Origin: a virus | Virus record (IMG/VR): IMGVR_UViG_3300020190_000012 | Coordinates: 1-64,000 of that record | DNA length: 64,000 nucleotides | Direction: 5' to 3' (one strand) | Shown: piece after piece, positions 1 to 10,600 of the stretch | Layout of the letters: each line of letters begins with the position of its first letter | Numbering within the stretch: position 1 is the first letter of the stretch | Notes under the pieces: generated by a model | The model's database searches: none | The model's input: the letters and a program-made list of their open reading frames with translations, nothing else | Told to the model about the DNA's origin: nothing | Position numbers and translations under genes: made by a program

Positions 1-1917
1 TGGTTTTAGTGATATCATTAAAGCTGCAACACCAGCAGCATTTGGCGAAGCATAACTTGTACCATTTGTACTTACATACCCGTTATTAGCTAGAATGTAA
101 GCCTGTTGATAATTAATATTTAAAGATGGATGATCTTCTATCGTAACAGGATTAGTAACAAGGTCATGGTTCCACGATGTACTAGAATTTCCCGCTACAT
201 TAAATTTGAACAACATAGCATTTCCATTTGGGGGTAGATTGGTATGGTAGCATACATTGTTCTGACGGCAGCTGCTGTAGTGTTGTATTGTTGCCTCATT
301 AACAACTCCATTAACTGTTTGCCTGATTTTTTTTCCAATTAAAGAAGGAAGGTTTTGATCTAAATATTGCAGTATTTCATCTATTCTTTGAATATTCGCA
401 GGGCTACTTTGATATACGGTAAATTGTAAAGTTCTTGCCCATGTTGAAGGTATTGAAGAGCCAGGAGCATATATGTCAACGCCGTCTCCAAAATTAGAAA
501 AATCAGATCTATTATCATTAATGTCAGTTGATCCAACAACTATTACACTTGCAGGAATAGTGTTTGGTGATGCGGGGCAGACGGTGGTTTGTGCATTACC
601 GGCTGAAAAAAATATTTGGCAGTTTTTTTGTGTTCTACAATAAGAAGCGGTAGCTTCTATTGGAGAATGAAGGTTAGGAGAAGACAAAAAGCTGTAGCTT
701 ATGTTTATTACTCTTGCACCTTCATCAGCTGCTTTTATACAAGCCCAAGATATATTGGCCCAACCCGCACCAGCCCACCCATTTGCAATTTTGAAACTTC
801 TTGTACTTATAGATTTTGCAGTACCAGAAACACCCTTTCCATTTCCCCCAATTGCACCCGCACATCCGGCTACGCCAGTTCCATGCTGGAACTCCTCTAA
901 AACTACGGTGGGCATTCCATTTTGCGCTATACCGCCTTCGTCTCCTCTTGTACCCAAAACAGCATTATAAGCAGGAAGTCTATTTGCCTCTAAATCTTCA
1001 TGACCAACATCAATTCCTGTGTCCATGATGGCCACAACAACCTGAGTGTCTCCTGGCTCTATATCCCATGCGGCACAAGATTCCATCTTGTCGTGATGCC
1101 ATTGACTGCCTAATAATGGATCATTTGTGCAATTGGCAGCAGGATATCCAATAACGTCCTCAGTAACATAATCAAAAGCTTGAGTTAATTTTAATTCATC
1201 TATATATAAATCTACATTTTTTGATTCTGGAACTTCTATTAGGTATTGATCTATTTGAGGTATATAATCTTTAGGTAAGCCCTCTTCTATTTTAAGTAAT
1301 CCTAAATTTCTTCTATTGTTATATTCTGCCAAAGAAACTGAGCCGTCATTAGATTTAAGTTTTGCAAGAACTCTTCCAGTTTTAGTAAAATCTTGTATAT
1401 TATTTACGGGCTCTTCTTCTAACTTGGAAGAACTGCTGCTGGAAGAGGAAGAGGAAGAGGAGGAAGAAGAACTTAAAGAAGATGATGCCACGACAGGCAA
1501 AGACCATCGCAAGCCCACAATGACCTGTAAGCCGAATGCAGACTTACCATCGCTAATAGCTGCTATAAGTGCACTCGACCCGCCCTCCATTGGCGGCTGA
1601 TATGTTGATCCCAAATGGAGTACTGACGAATCCCAGCCAGCTATCAAGTTAGCAGCAGGGTTGCCGTCATAAGTTCCCATAGGCGAAACCATGAAAAATC
1701 TTCCGTAGCCAGCTGAACTCGCACTCTCCATCATTTCATAAACATGCGAATACAGACTTCCAGAAGCGCCAAAGTCCCAACTGCCAATATCGCTTTCACA
1801 CTCTTCTATGCCAAAGCCGCACATGGGCATATGAGCAACAGATCTTCCGTCTGGCATATATTTTACTGGCAAGACCCCATATGAGTCTTCTTCACGAATG
1901 CTGACGAACGATGTCAT
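1..1917 (-). CDS. S8 subtilisin-like serine protease: N-terminal ~140-aa domain, poly-Ser linker, propeptide-like region, catalytic domain (3' end beyond window edge; not in ORF track)
   Basis: Hand translation from ATG at 1917 (ATGA overlap with the upstream stop) is open to base 1. Motifs: VVVAIMDTGIDVGHEDL (Asp, 1021-1023), QHGTGVAG (His, 883-885), SAGN oxyanion Asn, FSNFGDGVDIYAPG, GTSYASPNAAGVAALM (Ser, 55-57). Confidence 0.93.
   Translation of the reverse strand, partial: MTSFVSIREEDSYGVLPVKYMPDGRSVAHMPMCGFGIEECESDIGSWDFGASGSLYSHVYEMMESASSAGYGRFFMVSPMGTYDGNPAANLIAGWDSSVLHLGSTYQPPMEGGSSALIAAISDGKSAFGLQVIVGLRWSLPVVASSSLSSSSSSSSSSSSSSSSKLEEEPVNNIQDFTKTGRVLAKLKSNDGSVSLAEYNNRRNLGLLKIEEGLPKDYIPQIDQYLIEVPESKNVDLYIDELKLTQAFDYVTEDVIGYPAANCTNDPLLGSQWHHDKMESCAAWDIEPGDTQVVVAIMDTGIDVGHEDLEANRLPAYNAVLGTRGDEGGIAQNGMPTVVLEEFQHGTGVAGCAGAIGGNGKGVSGTAKSISTRSFKIANGWAGAGWANISWACIKAADEGARVINISYSFLSSPNLHSPIEATASYCRTQKNCQIFFSAGNAQTTVCPASPNTIPASVIVVGSTDINDNRSDFSNFGDGVDIYAPGSSIPSTWARTLQFTVYQSSPANIQRIDEILQYLDQNLPSLIGKKIRQTVNGVVNEATIQHYSSCRQNNVCYHTNLPPNGNAMLFKFNVAGNSSTSWNHDLVTNPVTIEDHPSLNINYQQAYILANNGYVSTNGTSYASPNAAGVAALMISLKP
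1426..1485 (-). repeat. Poly-serine linker (19 Ser in 20 codons)
   Basis: Purine-rich GAAGAG/GGAAGA tract on the plus strand, in frame within the S8 protease gene. Confidence 0.9.
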
Positions 1918-3374
1918 AATTGCACCACCTGTACAACTGATGTGTTGTTTATAATCACAAACCTGTTGGCGTTGCTCACAGAAACCGCCAAATTACCAGA
2001 TTTCAAAAATCTTACAGAAGAAACAGGGCCACCCATGTTCCCAATCGAGTGCAGTGCCCCTGTCGATATCCTGAAAGCATTACCAGTCTGATCAAAAACA
2101 AAAATACCACCAGAGTTGGCAGCCAAGTCAACCGCAACCTGGTTGGGGGTGGTGCCGACGAAGACATCTGTCACTCCAACTGGTGATACCGCTGCAATAT
2201 ACATCTTGGATTGGGGATGTTGTAAAGAAACATAATACAAACCTTCAAATTCTGAAATTGCAATTGGTTTAGATAAAACGAACCCCAAGAATACTCTTGA
2301 ATCAGTGACTCTGTAAAGCCTGAATCCTTCCTGATATGGCTCTACAGAAACTATAGACGATTGCGTAGAAAGTTCAAAAAAATCAGAGTCTTCATTCAAT
2401 ACCTGGACAGTCTTAATGGTGCTCATGATCTCTCTTGGCTTGTTGCAACCTACATCTATGGCTGTCACTGTGACATTCTTTACTCCATCTCCCTCTGATA
2501 GTGTGATCACACTGTCCAAGAACGGTTGCCTTGGCTCTCCTTCATAATCTAAAACAACTTGACCGTTATCATACCTAAAAACATTAAACTTACATGAAGA
2601 AACAGAAGTGGTTTCATCAAACGCATAAAGCCTAGCAGCAACATCTGTAGATTGGACGTACAGAGCTCCCTGGGCAAGTTCGATGCTAAGATCTGGCCCT
2701 ATGGTGTCCAATACAAAAGTTCCAGTGTTTCTGACTTTCAATTTTTCTATATTGACTGCAGAAGATATTCTATTTGCAGAGTCTCTCGTATATAGAGATA
2801 TAGTGCCGTCATCGCAATTTCCAATCCTACTCAGGTCTATGGAATATCTGTCCAAAAGCCTCACTGAGTCCAATATCGGAAATTGATATATACCTAGACT
2901 CTGACTCGAAAAGTTTACAAACAATCTCACATGCTTATGTGTCGACTTCATTCTGCCAAGATTGAGTTTGATAAAAAATGGTCCGTTTAATTCTTGGTCT
3001 GTTATAGGTTCCAAAACTTCAATCTGATCAAGCTCAAATCCATAAATTGATACTGCTGAACGGTTAAAAGATATTTCAGACCTGAATCCACTCGAAGATA
3101 CCAATCGCACCCCCACATGCACTGCATCAGAATTCAAATGACTTGGTGGCAACCATGAAAATGAAGTGGAGTTTGCAGGAACCGAAGCGATAAGTATCCA
3201 TTTTGAATTTTGTGCATCTTTGGTATCAAGATTTGAGGTGGTTAATATTTCAAATGTATAAGAAGCAATTTGAGGAGGCGTCAAAGGCGGTGAAAGCCAA
3301 GATATGGCAACGTTCGTGCCATTTATGACACTGCCGCCAACAGGTGTCAAAATGGAGGGGCGAGGCACACTCAT
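1914..3374 (-). CDS. Putative virion protein with FN3/Ig-like domains and C-terminal beta-rich region
   Basis: N-terminal PSILTP..ISW..Y.FEI..W..IASVP..TSFSW (FN3-like) and LDTIGP..LSEGDGVKNVTVTAID (Ig-like); translationally coupled to neighbours. Confidence 0.55.
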   Translation of the reverse strand: MSVPRPSILTPVGGSVINGTNVAISWLSPPLTPPQIASYTFEILTTSNLDTKDAQNSKWILIASVPANSTSFSWLPPSHLNSDAVHVGVRLVSSSGFRSEISFNRSAVSIYGFELDQIEVLEPITDQELNGPFFIKLNLGRMKSTHKHVRLFVNFSSQSLGIYQFPILDSVRLLDRYSIDLSRIGNCDDGTISLYTRDSANRISSAVNIEKLKVRNTGTFVLDTIGPDLSIELAQGALYVQSTDVAARLYAFDETTSVSSCKFNVFRYDNGQVVLDYEGEPRQPFLDSVITLSEGDGVKNVTVTAIDVGCNKPREIMSTIKTVQVLNEDSDFFELSTQSSIVSVEPYQEGFRLYRVTDSRVFLGFVLSKPIAISEFEGLYYVSLQHPQSKMYIAAVSPVGVTDVFVGTTPNQVAVDLAANSGGIFVFDQTGNAFRISTGALHSIGNMGGPVSSVRFLKSGNLAVSVSNANRFVIINNTSVVQVVQL

Positions 3375-4612
3375 GCCTTCCTCCAGTAAGAAGCATCACC
3401 GAAGGCGTTCTTTCTATCCTTCGGATCTGAAAATCCTCTGTAGGAAGGCAGGGGACTTTCATCTTCTGTCCTTATATTGTCTCCAAGACCAGCAAAATCT
3501 ATGCCCTCAGAAACAAGATCAAATCCAGTAAGAGATATATTTACGCATTCGTTTGGAACACTCGGATAAAAAGCAGCAATACCATCAGTAGCAAGAACTC
3601 CATCGGATATCAGTGGTTCAAATTCTGCTTTGTAAATTCCAGCGTCGGCATCTTCAGCAGACATAATCGAAGAGAACTTTTTGACACCTCGGGTTACCAT
3701 GTGAGCCATAATCCTGTCATTATCTGATGCGGCACCCAAAGCCCCTATAGAGCCAAGTTGTATAAGTCTCTTGACGCGGTCAGGCTGAGAAAACTTGAAT
3801 CTGACCACCAACTTTTCTATTTCTTTTTCTTCACCGACCTCAAGAGCATCTATGTCGTCCGGAGTAGCTGCCTTGCCAGATGGCATCAAAAGAATTTGTG
3901 AAGAAATAACGGGGTACCCATTAAACCTAGGAGGATCTACTTCTAGTGTTTCAGCATCATCTTCAGATCCAGGGATCTTTACTTTGATGCTTACCGAGTA
4001 TGAAGGTGGTCGATAGTTGGCCAACACATTGAGAGTCATGGGTTGACTTCGCCCAAAAAATGTCAGTACTTCTGCAAAAACCTGCTTTTCACCAGATGAT
4101 GGGCTGAGAACCCAAGGAACCAAAAATTCATCCTTGGCGACAAAAATAGGCCTGAATGCAGAAGCAAGATTGTTGTTTGTTATGGCGGCTTTTTGACCAA
4201 CCGCTATCCAGTCAGAGAATGCGACATCATTCTCATTCTTAAGCCTCACTGCATATGTGCCAGGAGCTCCTATGATGTTGAGCATTATCATACAATCTTC
4301 AACCTCTGCCACAAAACCGTCTTCACCACTCGTGTCTATGAGTCTTGAAATATAATCCTTAGAAACACGCATCTTAAGAAATTCAGAGTCAGAACTTGGA
4401 GCCAAGGAAGAATTGAGAACATCTGTCATTCTACACTGGCTAAAGGAAGACTGAGATTCAGGCACCACTGGAACAGACTTACATGCAGAAGAAGAAATGA
4501 CGCAATCAAGACCGGAGCCATTCATCACGAACGATGTCAAGCCCCCCGTCCAGTCGGAGACTGATCCAAGAGAAAAAGATTCTGGTCTAATTGGCGTTGG
4601 CATGGTTGTCAA
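3371..4612 (-). CDS. Hypothetical tail-associated protein (Ig-like segment)
   Basis: 413-aa ORF, overlap-coupled on both sides; AVRLKNEND..SDWI..PWVLSPSSGEKQVFAEV pattern. Confidence 0.45.
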   Translation of the reverse strand: MTTMPTPIRPESFSLGSVSDWTGGLTSFVMNGSGLDCVISSSACKSVPVVPESQSSFSQCRMTDVLNSSLAPSSDSEFLKMRVSKDYISRLIDTSGEDGFVAEVEDCMIMLNIIGAPGTYAVRLKNENDVAFSDWIAVGQKAAITNNNLASAFRPIFVAKDEFLVPWVLSPSSGEKQVFAEVLTFFGRSQPMTLNVLANYRPPSYSVSIKVKIPGSEDDAETLEVDPPRFNGYPVISSQILLMPSGKAATPDDIDALEVGEEKEIEKLVVRFKFSQPDRVKRLIQLGSIGALGAASDNDRIMAHMVTRGVKKFSSIMSAEDADAGIYKAEFEPLISDGVLATDGIAAFYPSVPNECVNISLTGFDLVSEGIDFAGLGDNIRTEDESPLPSYRGFSDPKDRKNAFGDASYWRKA

Positions 4613-7600
4613 GAATCATATAAAGGCCTAGAGCCACCCTCGCCGTCAACAGAAGACCACCTTACAGAAGACGAATCGTAGGTCGCGAATCTACACTCCG
4701 AACGGAAACCTGAGGGGTCATCTACACTATATGAACTTCCTGCCCTTCCATCCTGCCAAGATATATAGAATAAACCAAAATCAGAGCCAGCAACACTCGG
4801 TGTTTTTGCGTCAGAATGGATAGAAGACAAGTATGATATTCTGCCGTCAACCCCCGACCAACTGATAGATCTCGAGAGATACGAAGACGGATCGCACATT
4901 ATCTCAGCATCACCTGAATCAAGTTGTTCAGTGACTCCTCCGATTTCTGCTTCAACAGATACATAGTACCTGGTGTGAGGCAATATAGAAAGTCTCTGCA
5001 ATTCGGAAACGCTTGTTGAGCCAACTGTTGAAGAAGCTGAAGACATGTCGGCAAAAGCAGATTGGACACTCGAAGACGGGGAAACTCTAGGTATGAAACT
5101 GGCTGATATGGTGTTGCCTGGATAGCACACGACGCCACCAACGGGGAACGATCCTCTGCCTGCGTCCCAATAGGTAGGATAATTTAAAGAATCATACACA
5201 GCGATTGGGTTTTGCTTTTCAGCATCAGTGAATATTTTTGCCCTGAAATGAACCAGTTTGTTTTCATTAGTCCTATTTGTGTAAGAGGCTGGAACAGAAC
5301 ATCTTTGCTGCGTGGCAAACGGACAGAATATGTAACCGTTCTTTTCTATAGACTGAGCTTGACCTGCAGCAGTTATAACCCTTATTTGGGTGTACATGGA
5401 CCCAGATTTCTTTTTTACTCTGAAATCTATGGTGCGAAGATTTGCGCTGAGAGTGATGTATTCGCCATCAGTAAATCTTATAGCCCTTGATCCAGCAGAC
5501 TCCCATGACGTACCAAGCAGACCAATAACCCCATCGGTAGCAGCCAAGTCTGAAGGAGTGGCTACTATTGCAACTATCGGCGCGGAGAATGTTATTGTCG
5601 ACTGAACAAATTCTTCCACATCTATCGTGTTCCCATTATAACTGACCTGTGCAGGTATATGTATTACAAAAGATCTGTATTGAGAACCAGATGTAAACCC
5701 TGCGATAGAAGTAACGCCAGATGGCAGTGAAAGGTTAGATGTGATCTCCCCGTTGATGAGACTTATGTAGTCTGAAGGTTGCCTGCTTGGGAACGACACG
5801 GGAGCAGAGCCGGCGCTTTCCTGCACAACGACAAGCCTGATGCTTGCAGCTGTCACTGTGGGAGTCAACCCGATGAGAACTTCTCGCAGATTTGGCCATG
5901 TTTCTGCATCTGAAGAATCTAGTTGCTCCACATTTGGGCCAGATTTTTGGATTATGATGCCAACAGACTCCTGCGAGGTTGCAGAAACCATTGGCTGCAA
6001 CTCAAGCTCCCATCTGATTACGCCCTGATTTTTTATATCTTGCGGTATTGCATCAAACTGAATTTCGTAATCATTAGATGCATCGAGCGCCTGGCCTTCA
6101 GAACTCAATGTGTTTCCATTCAAAAGCCAGCCATTAGGATTTTGCGTTGATTCTGATTGATATAAAAGTTGCGAGCCGTCCTCAAGGTAGAAATTAACGA
6201 CAAACTTGAATGTTGATGTCTGTGTTGGTCTAACTGTAGCAAAAACCCCACACCTAAAAAACCTGGTTGGTAAATATGGATCGTAAGGATCTGCATCAAA
6301 AGTTCTTATGAAACCAATCGCCCTGTCTAGCAGGCAACTGTCAGATACATCTGGATCTTTACTGCTGCTAACCGATGCTGCTATTCTTGAATGATTGCCA
6401 TTCCTTTCCTGCCAAGCAACAAGCAGGCGACCATCACCATCGGCAGAAATCGACGGAACGTTCGACACACGATCATGCCTAGATATGGTCTGCGAAACCT
6501 TCATAGCTTCATCCCAGTCTCTCATCGAACATACATTTATCTGCCATGTGCCTGTTTCGTTACTTTCATAGGCAACGTGTAATTTTGCCAACTTGTCAAC
6601 AACAATTGCTGGGTCACGCTGAATACCCGCTCCTTGCCCAATCCTAGATACCGACAGACCACCTGTTGTGAAAGCACTACCAAACTGACACACAGAGGGA
6701 AGCGCAAATCCATACATTTCATCGACGCTCTGAAGCGTAAACTCATCATTAGAATATTCAGAAGCAACTGCAGATACATGCTCTATGACGATGTTGCTTC
6801 TGAATGGATCTTTGTATGTATCCACAATAAGGTCATTTATCTCTGCAGTTTCATCAGGGTTCTTCTGATATTTCAAAACTCGTCTCGACAAGTTAGGAGT
6901 TGAAAGGTAAACACGAAAAGGCCCTTGAAAGCAAACTATTGCGGTCGAACCTGCAACATCCCCTTCAGATTCGCCGCCCTGAATTAGCAAACCTTCAGAA
7001 TCAATAACTTTCAAATCTTCAGATGCAAGATAAGATATGGCAATACATTTTGCGTCCGCAATATCAACATCCGAACTGACTGCATGGTGATCTGACCGCA
7101 GATATAATCCTGAGCCTAGCGCCAAGAATGTCCCTGATGGCAGCGATAATGAGAAGCCCCAACTGACAAGTTGTCCGTCTTCCCTGAGAGCTACACAATA
7201 ATTACTGCCGCAACTCACCGCAACAAATCTACCAGAAGGTAGCGAAGAAAGACCAAACCCGCCAATGGGTTCTTCTCCCAAAAATACAAGGCTACCAGTA
7301 CCATCCACGCATATGGCAAAAGTAGAGCCTACGGAAATATCTCTCCACGAAGATCCTAGTGATGTAAGATCTGACTGAAAAGCTTCAACCACTGCGTTCT
7401 CAAGCTCAGTATTAGGTTCTCCATCTTCATCAGGCTGCGCCAACCTAACAAATCCCTTCAATATGCCTGAATCTGAAATCATCAACATGATCAGTATCGT
7501 ATTAACACCATCATAATAACTATCAGCAGAATTGGTCACCAATGCAAGACAGCCATTTCCTAGTTCAGATTTAAAGAAATCTATCAATTCACCCGAAGAA

Positions 7601-10600
7601 TCGGTGGCCAAATTGCCAGAAGAGTCCACGTACACACAACCGTTGTCTCCTTCTTGAACTTTAATATTGGCAGCACGCTTCTGATATAGTGGGTGGAGAG
7701 CAGAAAGACGCAGACTGCCGACACCAGGAGTCAACTTGACTGACATCCCCATAAAATCATTTGTCGTAACCCTGACGATTTTCGCTTCCTGATCTCCGCC
7801 AACAAACAAGAACGGACTGACCATGCCCACTGGGCAAACTAGTGAATCGTCATCCCTGTATGGTTCTATCCGCTTGGCCCGCAAAAATATGGAATATTCA
7901 GTAGAGTCAGCAAACACTCCGCTTTGGCTTATAGACCCAATTCCTCCGTGGCCAACTTTGCCTCTGCGTACAGAGTACATCCATGGATATATGTAATCAT
8001 CAGATTCATAAATCGTTCGATCGAATTCGTAGTCAGAAGACGCGTTTGGCTGAAGAACTACTGCTCTCGATTGATTTTCCTGCCTTGCAAACACAATACC
8101 AGAATACATAAAACCTGTTGGTGACGCCAACCAGTCATCAACTGCAGAAAAATTGAAAGCCATATTGATCCAGTCACCTGGATCTGAAGTCGAATTCAAA
8201 TAGTCTATGTTGCGAGCCTGTTCAAAAGAATTGGCCTGTTGAACAAATCCGCTTGGCATGCTCATGTCAAAAGAACTCAATTGAGAACCATTCGCCATAG
8301 ACAACCTATTATCCGATATGTCTATGGAGCTGATTCTCACAGCAAATCTGCCTGCTGCCAAACCATTTCTGTAGCCAATGTCGTGATGGCGGAACCAAGA
8401 TATCGAAGACATAAAAGACCCGAAACACAAATCAAATTGTCTGCGACCATCAGAAACATCCACACGCCAATCGTGAGATATTTGCGGGTCTCCATTCACC
8501 ATACAAAAAATCATATTTCTGTGCGCCAGCGGGACAAGATCTTCTGCCATCTCTGGTCCTTCAAACCTAAGAGGATCAAGGTGTGCTCTAGATGTTCGTA
8601 TGGCATGTTCGTGGTCTTTGATGAGCATGGATCCAACAGTGAACCTAAACTGATTGGAAACATCTATGATGTGGCTTGACTCATGAATTTCAAACGCATA
8701 TGGAACGCCGCCATTCCCAGATGAAGATTCACTAGACACACAATATACAACAATCTTTGCACGACCAGTATATACTGTTCTTACCAGCCCCTCATAATAT
8801 CTGGAACAAGACCCGCCAGCAGACTCAACTTGATTACACCAGTCTTGCCTGGTTTGCGTATTCCTTGCAAAGAATCTGACTGTCTCAAGCATCACGCCAA
8901 CAGTGTAATGACAAACCACCCCGTCGACACCATCAGCGGCAGGTCTTGTAAATGTCGATCCAGATGGAGTTCTCCAATACGATCCAACCAGATCAGAACA
9001 CTGAAGATTGAAGGAACTTGAACCGCCACTTTCTAGGTATCCCAGTCCTGAAGTCTGAACAACCCCACTAGGGTTGTCGTGTATGTCGTTCAATCGCAAA
9101 CTAGAAAGCAGCGGGATAAAATCTGAAAATTCTCTTGCGCTCTTACCCACGGACATGATGTTGCTATCGAAATTAAATAAACCATCATTTCGAATACTGA
9201 AGCCTCTCAAGAAATTCTTAAATTCATCATCCACTGCATCTTCAGAATGATTTCTCAAGAATGCGCCTGTGCCAGGCATCTTTGTATATACAAGTGCGTA
9301 TTGCCAACTTGTATTCGCAGCAATAGTAAAAATAACACTTCTTGCTGCGTTCGTGACAAGTACTGAAGAATTGAACGTGGTGGACGTACTCAAAACCCTG
9401 TTTGAAAGAGCTGCATGACGAGCAAAAACGGTGCTACGAACTGTTTCAACACCGAGTATGTCGGTGGTGAATGTTATAGAATTTGTTAATTGGGTAGAAT
9501 TCGGTGGTATCGCAATCACATGGACTGCTATGAAATCACCAATCTTAAAACCTGAAAGCTTGTCAGTGTCATTATTCAATGTTCCATTATCAAAGGTTCT
9601 ACCTTGCTCGTCCCTCGCGAACGGAGAAATCCCATAGAAATCAGTTCTAATTTGCAATCCATCGTCATTAGAAAAAACATCGGATATGACAGGACTTATT
9701 CCTATTGCAGAGCCAGACAGTATGTAGCCATCAAATGAAAACGATGGCTGTATGTCAACATCTGCATCAACCATGTAGCCTATAGACTTATGTGTCCCAT
9801 CAAACTGCCTTCCTGAATCATCAGTGTGGTATGGGATGATTGCACAGCATTTCGATTGAAGCGGACTGTAATCGAGGCATACCAAGTCTGACCTTGGCAT
9901 TGCCACGGATGCCCCTGCATCTGCAACCTTTATCCACCCCGTCCTGATTGATATAGGGGTATGGGATGCGGCAACAATCAACCTCAATTGGAAAAGAGCT
10001 TGAAAAGGAGAAAGAGTTAAGGAGAAATCAAAACTCTTTTTATCTGCAGAGAGTGTGAATTCGCCACCTGAAAAATTTGCCACACCTGCTCTGCTGGGGA
10101 ATGTTATGCCTGTAGGGCTAAATATGCTGTCAGTTAGAGACATCTCATCCGTCTGTCCTGCTATTGATAGTATGGCTCCATTGAAAGATATGCTGCCACT
10201 GTATATATGATTTGTAGTATTGCCAGATGGGTCTATATGGAGGATGACAGTCTCGACCAAGTCTCCCTCGAAGACTCCAGCAAAGTCTGCTTGGGATCCA
10301 TCCATTTCACGCACATTGCTCATAAAAGAACTTGAGTTACCTTCGTTAAACTGAATGCTTAATGGACAGGTTCCCAAGAACTCTCTTTTTATATATGCGG
10401 AAGAAGATGGTATAACCCCCCGCAAAAAGTTTGAAGAGTTGAACGGCAACTCCAAAATTCCCTCTGAATACTCGAGCGACAGCACAGATGAAACACGTTT
10501 TGCTGGAGCAACAACAGGACTTGTATCTAGAGAGGATGATCTGCAGAAATCGGCGACAAGCATTTTAGAAGAAAAGATGGGCGAATCTGGACCTATAGTG

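Noticed and set aside
79-440. Possible intein in the subtilase
   Set aside because: No intein block motifs or His-Asn-[C/S/T] junction.
616-1600. Plus-strand ORFs including a poly-Glu one
   Set aside because: Antisense shadows of the minus-strand S8 protease; the poly-Glu is the reverse of poly-Ser.
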